Source: Eledone cirrhosa (Eukaryota). From it: a stretch of 64,000 nt of DNA. Made by a program: the position numbers and the translations under genes. This document shows positions 13,895-29,337 of the stretch, in pieces. The stretch spans positions 7,564,001 to 7,628,000 of the forward strand of contig OZ024748.1 of assembly GCA_964016885.1 (NCBI GenBank). Reading direction: 5' to 3'. The first letter of the stretch is position 1. Each line of letters begins with the position of its first letter. The notes under the pieces are model-generated. The model was not told the DNA's origin, did not search any database, and saw only the letters and a list, made by a program, of their open reading frames with translations.

Positions 13895-15084
13895 CTATCA
13901 CTACCTATATATATACACATATCTCTACATATATATATATATACACATATCACTACATATATATACACATATCACTACATATATATATATACATATCTCT
14001 ACATATATATATATATACACATATCACTACATATATATACACATATCACTACATATATATATATACACATATCATTACATATATATATATATACATATCA
14101 TTACATATATATATATATACACATATCACTACATATATATACACATATCACTACATATATATATATACATATCATTACATATATATATATACACATATCA
14201 CTACATATATATACACATATCACTACATATATATATATACATATCATTACATATATATATATATACACATATCACTACATATATATATATATACATATCA
14301 CTACATATATATATATATACACATATCACTACATATATATATATATACACATATCACTACATATATATATATACATACATATCACTACATATATATATAT
14401 ACATACATATCACTACATATATATATATACACATATCACTACATATATATATATATATACACATATCACTACATATATATATATATACACATATCACTAC
14501 ATATATATATATACATACATATCACTACATATATATATATACATACATATCACTACATATATATATATACACATATCACTACATATATATATATATATAT
14601 ACACATATCACTACATATATATATATATACACATATCACTACATATATATATATATATATACACATATCACTACATATATATATATATATATATACACAT
14701 ATCACTACATATATATATATACATATCACTACATATATATATACACATATCACTACATATATATATATACACATATCACTACATATATATATATATACAT
14801 ATCACTACATATATATATATATATATACATATCAATACATACATATATATATATACACATATCACTACATATATATATATATACACATATCACTACATAT
14901 ATATATATATACACATATCACTACATATATATATATATATATATATACACATATCACTACATATATATATATATATACACATATCACTACATATATATAT
15001 ATACATATCACTACATATATATATACACATATCACTACATATATATATATACACATATCACTACATATATATATATATACATAT

Positions 15085-15124
<40 letters not shown>

Positions 15125-15256
15125 CAATACATATATATATATATATACACATATCACTACATATATATATATACACATATCACTACATATATATATATAT
15201 ATATATACATATCACTACATATATATACACATATCACTACATATATATATATATAT
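13895..15256. repeat. Minisatellite with ACATATCACTAC core and variable (AT)n
   Basis: About 50 copies of the core separated by (AT)n of variable length. Confidence 0.95.
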
Positions 15257-16108
15257 ACATACATGTACACGCACAGATACATACATACACGCACACATAC
15301 ATACATACACGCACACATACACACATACACGCAGACATACATACATACACGCATACACACATACACGCTCGTATGATTGTATGTGTGCACGTATATGAAC
15401 ACATACACGTACACACACATACATGCACATATGTGTTCGTATGCCTCTATGTATGCACGTACATGCAGATGTACATATACATACACGCATATATGTGCTC
15501 GTATGCCTGTATGTATGCAAGCATATTCACACACATACATACATACATACTGACACACATACATATATACATACATACTGACATAAATACATACATACTG
15601 ACACACATAAATATAAACACACACATAAATATAAACACACACATACATATATGGTGGCTGCCAACTCGTTTTCGAGTACGGCCACTACTTTATATCCATG
15701 TAGGAGAACCCCTACCGATGCGCTGAACAAGTGTGACTTTTTAGTCCAGCCAGCGATTTGAAAACTCTGGTACAAACACTACACTTGTGACAATTATTGA
15801 CACATAGTGCTGGGCCCATGGCACCATGTGACGACAAGTGCAGAGAGATCTCCAGATATAAAGCAATGCCTGTGCCGTGAAGCTTTTATAGTGAGCAAAG
15901 GCACTGCACAAAGCCAGTCCCACTCTCTTAACCAAGATGATATTTACCAAAAAGAAGAACAAGTCAACATCATTGGATACCATCAGGGTTGCAGGTGTTA
16001 TATCAGAGTTTTCCTTCTCCTAGAATTCTGCCTTGGCAAAGGCTAAGGGGTCATCTCTCATACATACATACATACATACATACATACATACATACATACA
16101 TACATACA

Positions 16109-16139
<31 letters not shown>

Positions 16140-16674
16140 TTGTAGAGTGAGAGACTCCTGGGCACAATAGACTCCATAGACACAAGACTCTCACATTGGA
16201 ATTTACACAACATCAACTAGGTAGATATGTATGTATGCATGGATGTGTAGATATGGATGTTATTGTATGTGTGGATGTGGATGTTTTGAGTTATATGTGT
16301 GCATGTGTATATGCTTTGTATCTGTACATGTGTATATGCAGTTATTAGATGCAAAATTTTTGGAATGTTTTACATATTTTTACTGTTCCATTAATGGATT
16401 GTACTTGTAATTTCCTAACTAGTTATATGTATGTATGTATGTATGTATATATGTATGCATGTATGCAAGCAATACATATCCAGCATACAGGCGTTCTATT
16501 ATCTGCATTCATTTATGAAGATATATCTTTCCCTTTGCTTATATCTGTCTGTCTGTCTGTCTCACCATCTCTCTCATTTTCACTTCTACTTTCCTCTCTA
16601 TCACTAACTTTCTTCTTCATCTTATCTCTCTATCTATTAGTCTATTAATCTATCTACCAATCTATCTACCACTA

Positions 16675-16784
<110 letters not shown>

Positions 16785-16839
16785 TATATATAATTTGGTT
16801 AAATGTTATGAATTTCGAAATTTATTTTACGAAATTCAC

Positions 16840-16880
<41 letters not shown>

Positions 16881-17195
16881 TGTGAGTATGTGTGTGTGTG
16901 TGTCTGCCTGTTTGTATGTGTGTATGTATGTGTGTGAATGTGTACTTTTGTCAGTTGCTCTCTTCTCTGCTAGAACAAACGTCTAATTGCATTTGGCAGC
17001 ATAAAGCCATTTCCAATGAGAACGTGTGCCATTTTCTTCTCTCCCGACACCGTCCACTCCACAACCTCCACTACCAAAGCCCCACCACCAGACCCCATCC
17101 ATCGGTCCCCCACCAATGACTACACAATCACTACCATCTTCTCCACCAACATCACTACTTCACACACTCCTACAAACACACACACATGCACACAT

Positions 17196-17267
<72 letters not shown>

Positions 17268-17396
17268 ACACACACACACACACACATTTACACGCACACA
17301 AACTCACACACACATGCACACAGAGTCTGTAGCCAGCACCATCGTTACCACCTTACCCGAACCCACTCCCACCAACACCACTACTACTTCACACAT

Positions 17397-17427
<31 letters not shown>

Positions 17428-17819
17428 AACACACACACACACACACATACACACACACTCACACACGTACACACACAGACATATACACACACACACACAT
17501 TGCCAGTAGCCATCACCATTAATCAGGGAGGACGGAACCCAGTAATTGGGTCGGTTGAAAATAAAGGACAATAAATGTTATCAGGGTGCCGGACAATAAA
17601 TGATAGCACGGTGCCGGATTTGGAGAAGGTGGAACCAGAAATTTCACACACTAATCCCTCCGGTTTCTCCCCCACCACGCACCAAGCTTATCTTTCTTTT
17701 ACTTCCTCCCCTCCCACTATCACCCCCCCCCCCTCCATTAGCTCAGCGAGGCTATCACACCTCTCAAATGTTCTTTCTTTATAAGAATAAATACATCCAC
17801 ACACATATATGCAATCAAT

Positions 17820-17857
<38 letters not shown>

Positions 17858-18243
17858 AACACATACAGACACATACACACATACACATATACATGCACAC
17901 ATATATGCAATCAATCATATATATATATATATATAAACACATACAGACACATGCATACACACACGTATACATGCACACATATGCAATCAATCACATATAT
18001 ACACATATATATATATATAAAAAACACACTGACACACACACACACAGGCACATATAAAAGACACAGTGAGACACACATACATATACATGCACATATATAT
18101 GCAATCAATCACACATACAGACACATACACACACATACAGTGGTACAGATAAACATATACATACACACATATACAAACAGACACATAAAAAGACACTCAC
18201 TAACACACGTACAGGCACACATATAAAATACACACTAACACAT

Positions 18244-18314
<71 letters not shown>

Positions 18315-18604
18315 ATTCCATATATTTAAATGATGTTTCGTGCTTTCCTTGCATTTATTTCATATATTTTCATTTTCCTTCCTTCAAATGTATATATCTG
18401 AAGGATCGAAGTTCGATTCCTCGTAGCAACCACTGTTTCTTTTTTTTCCATCTCTAGGGGTATTTTACATGATTTCTTAAGCTATAGTTAAAAGCAATCA
18501 ACTGTGTTTACAGTTATCTTCAGTGTCTGAGTTTCCTGCATTTTCTATGAACTTCATAACCTCCCAGTGACTCGAAAGTTCGATACTTTGCGTTCAATGT
18601 TGTT

Positions 18605-18630
<26 letters not shown>

Positions 18631-18635
<5 letters not shown>

Positions 18636-18848
18636 AAGTTAAATAAAAGTCAAATGATTAAAATTTAGCTTCGTTTATTACTGCTATATATATTTCAGTG
18701 ACAGCCATCTTTGGCTGTGACCTCTTCAGGCAGTTTGAATTAGTATGGTATAGACAAGTACATATGTTGTTTAGGTGTATGATATTGTCAATACTCTGAT
18801 ATGCCCAGTTCCTTGCTGGGTTGTTTATTCACTGGGGAACTGGAGTCA
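18631..18848 (-). mobile_element. Penelope-like pLTR fragment (family P3), in (TA)n
   Basis: Reverse complement of 52876-53120; contains a hammerhead. Confidence 0.7.
18680..18734 (-). ncRNA. Minimal type I hammerhead motif
   Basis: ACTGC-CTGAAGA-GGTCACAGCCA aaga TGGCTGTCACT-GAAA-TATATA-TA-GCAGT. Confidence 0.8.
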
Positions 18849-18904
18849 TATATATATATATATATAATATATAAGATCAAAAGATGGTTAAAAGAGTTCC
18901 ATGT

Positions 18905-18973
18905 ATTTTATTATGCGCATTTCAAAAACAAATATCATCATGCGATGACATTTGCGTTTTCGTCAGATAAAAT
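18905..18973 (-). ncRNA. Hammerhead motif (left arm of fold-back)
   Basis: Reverse complement of 19057-19125. Confidence 0.8.
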
Positions 18974-19056
18974 AGGGAGACATGAAATAAAGGTTAAAAA
19001 ACACTTGTGAATAGTGCAGTTTTAAATCAACATTAACCTTCATATCATGTCTCCCT

Positions 19057-19125
19057 ATTTTATCTGACGAAAACGCAAATGTCATCGCATGATGATATTT
19101 GTTTTTGAAATGCGCATAATAAAAT
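19057..19125 (+). ncRNA. Minimal type I hammerhead motif (family P4)
   Basis: ATTTTAT-CTGACGA-AAACGCAAATGTCATC gcat GATGATATTTGTTTTT-GAAA-TGCGCA-TA-ATAAAAT. Confidence 0.82.
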
Positions 19126-19249
19126 ACATGGAACTCTTTTAACCATCTTTTGATCTTATATATTATTTATACTCCAGTCCTACAAACTGTAGAGTGCTAC
19201 TTATCCGATATCTGCATTGCTTTATTGTACTACAATAAAACTCACCTCC

Positions 19250-19359
<110 letters not shown>

Positions 19360-19503
19360 CATATATATGTATGTATATATATATGTATATAATATTAAAG
19401 AAAGAAGTTGAAATTGTATTTGGAGTCTTTAAGAAGATTTATTTAAAATAACTTTACCAGTTTCACAATTTCGTGATTTTCAAAAGTTCAGGTTATGTGT
19501 GTG

Positions 19504-19544
<41 letters not shown>

Positions 19545-19605
19545 GCGCGTGTTTGTGTGTGTGTAGATCTGTATGCATATATATATAAAAGAGTAAATAG
19601 ATATA

Positions 19606-19663
<58 letters not shown>

Positions 19664-20336
19664 GATGTATATGCTTTTGCACAGATGTTAGTATATGTAA
19701 GTATCACTGTGTGTGTTTGTGCGTTAATGTATATGTGTGTCTGTAAGTATATGTGTAAGTGTGTGAGGGGGGGGGGGCAACAGAGATTGAGAAATATTAT
19801 TAGCAAGACAAGACATGGCCGACTTGAGGTGCCTGGTTGTGTGTCTGGTGTAACAGGAGACAGAATGTAACATTGGACAATGAGGCTTGCTGATGGTAAT
19901 CAGTAAACAATAGGACGTGGTGGGGGGACAGGGGTAGTAGTAGGAGGAAGGGGAGAGGAATGGCTAACAATGATTGGCTAGAAGATGAGGTGGGGAGGAG
20001 GGTGGTATGAAGGGATAGAGCCAATATGGTGTTATTGGTGGAAGGGACATCTGTATTGGTCCTTTGGGAGAGGCATGAATGTCAGAAAGGGACAACGTTA
20101 AGTCTTAATTTGCAAATACTAGATATGTGTGGCTGGTGAGTGAGTGTATGTAGATAAATATATATCTACATATATATATACAGAACTTATATATATATAT
20201 GAGTGTGTGTGTGTGTATATAAATATATATCTACATATATATACAGAACTTATATATATGAGTGTGTGTGTATGCATATATATATATACATATATATATA
20301 TGTGTGTGTGTGTTTATACACACACACACACACACT

Positions 20337-20385
<49 letters not shown>

Positions 20386-20392
<7 letters not shown>

Positions 20393-20473
20393 TAACAGAT
20401 TAAAGTTTAAGCAAAGAATCGCTAAGGGTGAAAGCAGCGATTCTTTGCTTTAACTTTAATCTGCTATTTTAAT
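20386..20473. repeat. Near-perfect inverted repeat next to (TA)n
   Basis: ATTAAAATAACAGATTAAAGTTTAAGCAAAGAATCGCT ... AGCGATTCTTTGCTTTAACTTTAATCTGCTATTTTAAT. Confidence 0.85.
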
Positions 20474-21051
20474 AAATATTTTCTCTATGATTTTATATAT
20501 TTGATATATATTTATCCTGATCGAGCCCTCTTCGGATTTTAGTCTTCTCATTTACTATTATTACTATATATATATATATGTCTGTGTGTGTGTATGTGTG
20601 TGTGTGTGTGTGTATAAATATATATACATACAAACACACATATATATATCCTATAGAGTTCTCTTGACTTAACTATTATTTCATGTTACTTCATTAATTA
20701 CACTAAAAAACTAAAACCAGTTCTAGCGAGATTAGAACTCAGGACCCTAAATTTAAGGTGAAACCACATTTTTGTAAACTACAAGAAATCTGTATAATTC
20801 TAATTTTAATGTATTTCCAAGTATGAGGAAAACAGAAAGCATGAAATTAAGAGATGTTTTTACACTTAATAATTTCTAAAATATTAGTAAAATAAAAGAA
20901 TTCTGAAGAAGGAAGTTTGGAGAATCTTGACTTTTGGTTTAAAGAGCTTTAATGAGTTCTTTATTTAATTGGTAGTTTTAATTTTAGTCTGAAATATTTA
21001 TTTCTATATATTTGTTTTCTATTTGTTCTCTTGTATTTTTATGTATTTGTT

Positions 21052-21147
<96 letters not shown>

Positions 21148-21235
21148 AGTGTATGTATATATATATATATCATATATATAGATATATATAGATATATATA
21201 TATGAACATATGTGTGTGCATATATATATTATATG

Positions 21236-21308
<73 letters not shown>

Positions 21309-21907
21309 TTATATATATATTTATATATATATCTTATATATATGCATATATATATATATATGTGTCTGTCTTTGTATGTTTGTGCGTGTGTGTATATTTG
21401 CGTGTGCCAGCGTGTGCGTGCACGTGCGTGTGTATGTGTGTGTACATGTAATTTCGTAATGCTGTCAATGTTGATACGAAATTTAAAGAAATGATAAGAA
21501 TATATTTTCACCGCTTTATTGAAATCCTAATTAAAAGATGTCGTTAAAATAAATAAATAGATAAATAAATAACGTGTTATTTCCATAAAACATTGAAATT
21601 AATTGAAAATTGTTTGCTAAAGAAATGGAGAAATTTGGTTTGAATTTGGAGGTAATTTTATGGAAGAAATAAACAAACGTTGAGCAAATTTAAATTTTGA
21701 AAAGATGTTAGCTTATTGCAATCTGCTAGAACGCATGCTTGATTATTAAATAGTTGAATAATTTAAATATTTAAACCACGAGAGACGGAAGAGTCGAGGC
21801 AAATTTTTAACGAAGTCGTCCGACTTATGGCAGATGTAGGTTTGATTTCCGTAGGGGGGACTCCTTTACAGTTTTCAAGTTCCAGTAGAGAGCAGAAAAA
21901 CACTGTT

Positions 21908-21938
21908 CTGATGAGTGCCATTAGCTCGAAATACGCGT
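21908..21938 (+). ncRNA. Truncated hammerhead-like core
   Basis: CTGATGA-GTGCCATTAGCTC-GAAA-TACGCGT, then (GT)n; no 3' helix I strand. Confidence 0.4.
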
Positions 21939-22103
21939 GTGTATGTGTGAGCGTGTGTGAGTCCCGGATTCAATCGGGGGTAATAAAGTACTCAGTACAT
22001 TAGTAGAGTGTAAATATCAAGTTTAATATAGAAATTACTTCTACATGACTAGAACTGTTTCATTCAAAAGAAATCACAAGGAAAGCCTTTCTGATACATA
22101 TAT

Positions 22104-22140
<37 letters not shown>

Positions 22141-22141
22141 A

Positions 22142-22189
<48 letters not shown>

Positions 22190-22387
22190 CCCCCCCCCCC
22201 CCCACACACACACACATATAAATATCCACACACACTACACACACCAAACTGTCAAGGAAGTGTGTTCTAGATATTGTAATCACGTGCCATTCTGAGAGTG
22301 ATGATGAAATCACTTGTGTCTTGAGAATTCTTATCAGTTTCTTCCTGAACTTTTCCTCCAAGACGTCAAGATTTTCCGTATAAAATC

Positions 22388-23072
22388 GGTGGTGGTGGTG
22401 GTGGTGGTGGTGGTGGTGGTGGTGGTGGTGGTGTTTGTGTTGGTGGTGGTGTTGGTGTTGGTGGTGTTGGTGGTGTTGGTGGTGGTGTTGGTGGTGGTGG
22501 TGGTGGTGGTGTTGGTGGTGGTGGTGGTGGTGTTGGTGGTGGTGGTGGTGGTGGTGGTGTTGGTGGTGGTGGTGGTGTTGGTGTTGGTGGTGGTGGTGGT
22601 GTTGGTGTTGGTGGTGGTGTTGGTGTTGGTGGTGTTGGTGGTGGTTGTGGTGGTGGTTGTGGTGGTGGTGGTGGTGGTGGTGTTGGTGGTGGTGGTGGGG
22701 GTGGTGTTGGTGGTGGTGGTGTTGGTGGTGGTGGCGGTGGTGGTGGTGTTGGTGTTGGTGGTGGTGTTGGTGTTGGTGGTGTTGGTGGTGGTTGTGGTGG
22801 TGGTTGTGGTGGTGGTGGTGGTGGTGGTGGTGTTGGTGGTGGTGGTGGTGGTGGTGTTGGTGGTGGAGGTGTTGGTGGTTGTGGTGGTGGTGGTGGTGGT
22901 GGTGGTGTTGGTGGTGGTGGTGGGGGTGGTTGTGGTGGTGGTGGCGGCGTTGGTGGTGGTGGTGGTGTTGGTGGTGGTGGTGTTGGTGGTGGTTGTGGTG
23001 GTGGTGGTGGTGTTGGTGGTGGTGGTGGTGGTGGTGTTGGTGGTGGTAGTGTTGGTGGTGGTGGCGGTGAGG
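22388..23072. repeat. Long (GGT)n/(GTT) trinucleotide repeat
   Basis: Direct reading. Confidence 0.97.
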
Positions 23073-23204
23073 TAGATCAGTTCAAATATATTCCTATTTC
23101 CTTGTCTTACACGAAACCATGGAAATCATGATAGAGTTTCTGCCTCTTTAGCAACTACCGACAATTTCAAATTCTCTCTCTCTCTCTCTCTCTCTCACAC
23201 TCAG

Positions 23205-23256
<52 letters not shown>

Positions 23257-23365
23257 ACTCTCTCTCTCTGGAAGAAATTGACTGTGTTCAAACCTGGAAA
23301 GAGATGGGCTCTGTCATGCCGTATGTCACAACGGCGCCCATCCCATTCACGGAGCGATTTTCCCT

Positions 23366-23405
<40 letters not shown>

Positions 23406-24727
23406 CCCCCCCTCCCCCCCTCTCTCTCTCTCTCTCTCTCTTCCAATATCTATCACTCACTCAACCGTTCTGTACGACATTTATGTTTTTATCTACCTTA
23501 CCCATGTCATCCCTTTTCTATCTTGTTATCTGTGCCTGTCACACACACACACACTCACACACACACATATATATATACATACACACACACACACACACAC
23601 ATATACATATATACATACGCACACTCAAACGCAAACACAGACATATATTGTATGTATGTTTGTATGACAGCCATCACACAAACACAAACGCACACACGTA
23701 TGGTGTGTGCATATATATGTAATATATAAATGTTTTATATATATATATATATAATATAATATAATGTAAATGTATTATATATACATATGTATATATATAT
23801 ATACACACACATATATATATATATGTATACGAATGAGAGAGGGGGAAATATATTGTGTGAGCCAGTGTATGAATGCCTAGCTGTGGTGTGTGTGTGTATA
23901 TATATATATACATGTGTGTGTGTGTCGCTTGGCTCTTAATATAACCTCTTGAAAAAATACCCACTCTTTTTCTCTATATTATTCAAATTATGTGGATTTT
24001 TCTCTGACAGGCAATTATTAATTGTTATTCATGATGGCAATGGCCAATATTTCCAGTCATTTCCTCCGTGCCAACAATCTTTCGTGTCTAGAGACCTGTA
24101 TCCTATGATAGGCCGCCATTTTTAATTGACTGCAATGATCGGCTGCCATTTTCTTCTTCAATTATACAAACTCTTAATCAATGTAATTCTCTGTCTTTTG
24201 CAAAATGTCTCTTTTACTTCGTATCAAATGATTATAGTTTACTCTGCCTTTTTACACAATCTCATTTGGCTGTGTAAGTGTATATACATAATGTAATATA
24301 ATGTGTAAGAGAGTATATGTAATATAATGTGTAAGAGAGTATATGTAATATAATGTGTCAGTATGTATATATAATGTAATATAATGTGTAAGTGTATATA
24401 TGTAATGTAATGTGTAAGTGTATATATGTAATGTAATGTGTACATTTATATTTTATATTGTCCGTAAATGTATGTAAAATACATGCATAGTTTGTAGAAA
24501 ATTGGATAATTCTGATGGAAAGAATTATTTCAGCTTCTATTTCAAGAAACCTGACATATTCGGAGCCAAAACTAGAGCCTGTATTAGATTACTAGACATG
24601 CTAGAATTAATAACCAAATTACCCTCAATTCTTATCGAATAGTCTTAAAAGTTAAAGCAGCATGGCCGAATGTTTAAGGAATGAAATCTGGTTGACGGAA
24701 CCTGTTTAAGAACCCTATAGGATGAAC

Positions 24728-24830
24728 TCTACCTGTAATTCAAAGTCAGCAAAGTCATAATCTATGTCCCACTGAATCTCCCTGAGAATTACGTTCAGAG
24801 AATGCGGGTCTGTAAGATACTCAGCCAACC
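24728..24830 (+). mobile_element. Dispersed repeat body (probably SINE-related)
   Basis: AATTCAAAG...TGAATCTCCCTGAGAATTAC; reverse-complement homologs at 56779-56902 and 60978-61140. Confidence 0.55.
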
Positions 24831-25030
24831 ATTTACACATTCATTCCTTCAGCAAGATATTCAATCAATGGAAGATCAATCGCTTGACCGATGTGTTAAT
24901 AATGTATAGTTAATTTTAAATTTATTTTCTAAAAACATTGACGGGTCCCTAATCTTTGCAGACGTCCCTGGTTTCAGCCTAGTCAAGCTTATGAACAATA
25001 CAGCCCTACACTCACCCACACACACACATA

Positions 25031-25160
<130 letters not shown>

Positions 25161-25236
25161 AGTGTGTGTTTGTTTATATTGATTTTCATTCGTGAAAATA
25201 TTTTTTTGTTCTTGATTGCGAGTTTGTTAAAGTAAG

Positions 25237-25298
<62 letters not shown>

Positions 25299-25331
25299 TA
25301 TACATATATACATATATACATAAATAAATAC

Positions 25332-25387
<56 letters not shown>

Positions 25388-25478
25388 TCTTATATACATA
25401 CATACTTCTGTAGGTATTGTGTGTGTGCGAGTGTGTGTGTGTGCGTGTGTGTGTGTGTGGATGTGTGTGTGTGTGTGG

Positions 25479-25516
<38 letters not shown>

Positions 25517-25552
25517 GTGTGTGTGTGTGTGTGTGCGTGTGTGTGTGTGTGG

Positions 25553-25607
<55 letters not shown>

Positions 25608-25760
25608 TGTGTGTGTGTGTGTGTGTGTGTATCAAAGTCAATTTAGTGAATTCCCATTCACTATTAAAAGCTATATTTTATGTTAAAAGTTGGTTATAAA
25701 ACTGATGTAAAAATTCGTAACATCGTTCTTCTTCACAATACGTCCATTGACATTCTGTGT

Positions 25761-25817
<57 letters not shown>

Positions 25818-25819
25818 CA

Positions 25820-25858
<39 letters not shown>

Positions 25859-26288
25859 ACTCCACGGTCATGATCACAACAAGCAGTACAACTATTATTA
25901 GTACCACCAGTTCTACTAATACTATATATATATATATATATAGTATTAATATATATATATATAGTATTAATATATATATATATATAGTATTAGTATATAT
26001 ATATATATATATATATATATGGATGTATGTGTATATACTAATACTACTGCTGATACTAATACTACTACTACTACAACTACTACTACTGCCGTATTTGATG
26101 TAGGTAATGTTTTATATATATTTCATCAATTATAATGGGATTTTAAGCTATGTAGGCTGCGGAGTGGGAGGAGGGGGGTGAGTGGGGCGTGAGTGGGAGG
26201 AGAGTAGAAGGTTTACTGTGTGAGGTTATATATAATTGTTTCTTTCTTTGACAGACGAAGGAATGGACAGATGTATGTATATATACAC

Positions 26289-26339
<51 letters not shown>

Positions 26340-26493
26340 AAAATGGGGAGTTTGCATGTATGTATGTTTCTGTGTACGTATGTATGTATGGATGGATGTA
26401 TGTTTGTTTGTGTGTAGTGATGTATGTATGTATGGATGGATGGATGTACTTTTGTGGTTGGTATGTTTGCATGTATACTAGTGTATACATACA

Positions 26494-26674
26494 GAAGAAG
26501 AAGAAGAAGAAGAAGAAGAAGAAGAAGAAGAAGAAGAAGAAGAAGAAGAAGAAGAAGAAGAAGAAGAAGAAGAAGAAGAAGAAGAAGAAGAAGAAGAAGA
26601 AGAAGAAGAAGAAGAAGAAGAAGAAGAAGAAGAAGAAGAAGAAGAAGAAGAAGAAGAAGAAGAAGAAGAAGAAG
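26494..26674. repeat. (GAA)n, about 60 units
   Basis: Pure tract; others at 31858-32017 and 57968-58049. Confidence 0.98.
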
Positions 26675-26776
26675 ATCTATATATATGTGTCGGTATACAT
26701 ATACGTATATATATATATATAAAATAATAATAATATATATAAACATATAGATTTGGTCTTAAATTTAATATATTGA

Positions 26777-26856
<80 letters not shown>

Positions 26857-26955
26857 GTATACAGCATTCGATTACTTCTTTTGCCTGTTCTATGTATTTA
26901 GTGTATGTATATTTAGGGTATTTATCGATGGTGAATAGACTGGTTCGACCAATTA

Positions 26956-27031
<76 letters not shown>

Positions 27032-27223
27032 TATATATATATATATATAATTATGTTTATATATTTATATATAATTATATGTATATATATATATAATTCG
27101 AATTTGAAGAAAACCAAGGATGATGTTTTGTTATATATTTACACATCTCTACGGACGTTTCAACGCGGCCAGAATGTCACATTATGAGTGCTATATAATA
27201 TTACACTATAACCTCATATATTG

Positions 27224-27313
27224 AAGTGTCTTGCTCAAGGACACAACCAGTTGGAGAATTGAACTCGCAACCTCACGATTGCGAATCCAACTGTCTAACC
27301 ACTAAGCCACACG
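27224..27313 (-). mobile_element. SINE family A head fragment
   Basis: AAGTGTCTTGCTCAAGGACACAAC...GAACTCGCAACCTCACGATTGCGAATC...CACTAAGCCAC. Confidence 0.75.
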
Positions 27314-27327
27314 CACACATACACAAT

Positions 27328-27463
<136 letters not shown>

Positions 27464-27496
27464 AAGAGAGAGAGAGAGAAATAACTTATATAACAA

Positions 27497-27528
<32 letters not shown>

Positions 27529-27882
27529 CTACACCATTCTTAACAGCCATTACCACAACCACCACCACCACCATCTCTAATATTTCTAGATAGTTCTACA
27601 TTCTATTTGGCACCTCTGCCGCCACCCCTACACCCTCTACAGTTCTACCATACCATATATGGGCAATTACCGCCTTCCTCTTATGAAAGCCACAATAGAA
27701 GAGAAGGACAGAAATACAAAAACAACCCCAAAATATACACACTCTCTCTCTCCCACTCTCTCTCTCTCTACCTCTCTCCACCTGTCTCCCTCTCTCTCTA
27801 TCTCTATTTCTTTCTTCCTCTCTCTCTCTCTCTATTTCTTTCTTTCTCACTCTCTCTCTTTCTCTCTATTTATTTATTTCTC

Positions 27883-27940
<58 letters not shown>

Positions 27941-28994
27941 AACAGACAGTGTCCCTCACACACGGAGAAAAACACATACACACACATACACATACGCAGA
28001 CAAACACATACACACAGACATATACATACACACACACACACATATACACACACATCGGCCAACTTGACTAATATAAGTCCTCAAAGAAACACACAAGGGT
28101 TGAATATTTACAACCATATATTTTCTTTATTTTGTTCTTGTTTATTATTTGCTTTTATTTTATTTGTTGTTGTTGTTGTTTTTTCATTTAAAATTAATGA
28201 ATTTCCATCGGTTTTTATTAAAGTGACTCTTGGATCGAAGTAATGAGTGAAGTCAGCTTTTATTCCCCTTTCAAATCTGGCAGAGTGTTTCCACGGAATT
28301 TCTGACTCCGAGGTTAAGAAACTGAAGCGGTTAAGAGATATAGAAATTTATACACAAGTAAAATGGCTGCCTGTCTGCTTGTCAACTTCATTGTGTGCAG
28401 AAACGGGGAGAAAGAATTGATCGAATTAGTAACGAGAGAATTTGATTGGGTGTCTTTGGCGAAATTTTTGCGCTGAAGCTTTTTGCTGTCAAGTCCGATT
28501 GAATGGAATTTCACCTCTCTGCAATTTATTAAGAACGTCTTCTTGAACCCTTGTGGTGGTGTATATTTAGGTAATGGAGGGGTCCCCAGGAATCTCGTCA
28601 CCTCACACACCACCCTCCACACCACCACCATCAGCCATCACAACCACCGTCGCCATATTTCTGTCTTTATTCGGCCATTAATCATTGAAGCATTTAACAA
28701 AACTTTGCCATGTGTAAAAAGGAAGGAGAACGTTAAGGTAATTTAGCAGAAAGATATCATAACAACAACAACAACAACAACAACAACAGTAAGAACTACA
28801 TCAACAACAACAACAACAACAACATCAGCAATACAACATGAACAATAACAATGACAACAACAACAGCAACATCAACATTAACAACAATAAAAACGACATC
28901 AACAACAATGACGAAAACAACAACATCAACAACAATAAAAACTACTACAACATCAGCAACAATAACAACAACAACATCTATACCTCATTTTTTG

Positions 28995-29124
28995 CCAGCT
29001 GAGAGGAGTGAAGCAACGTGAAATAAAGAGACTTGCTCAAGGATACGGTGCACCGCCAGGAATCGAACTCACAACCTTACCATCTCCAGTCGAACACATT
29101 AACCACTGAGCCACGGACCTTCAC
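28995..29124 (-). mobile_element. SINE family A
   Basis: CAGCTGAG...GCAACGTGAAATAAAG...TTGCTCAAGG...GGAATCGAACTC (B box on the minus strand). Confidence 0.75.
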
Positions 29125-29337
29125 ATTGTGATAATTAATTAAATAACATCAGCCTGATTATTATTTGATACTAATTAAGGTAATAATCACTGTGTATCAT
29201 TATATGTATTGATATGATTATATATGATTGTAATATAATAAGCAATATATATATTTATAGACGTGTTTATATCTTCATACGTATGTATAGTAATTATATA
29301 TAAGTGTACTATATAGACCAAGCATGGGTGACCTTTT

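Noticed and set aside
13867-15726. 619-aa and 503-aa ORFs, and all similar [12 protein letters not shown]/poly-residue ORFs
   Set aside because: Translations of microsatellite arrays that lack stop codons; no protein-like complexity.
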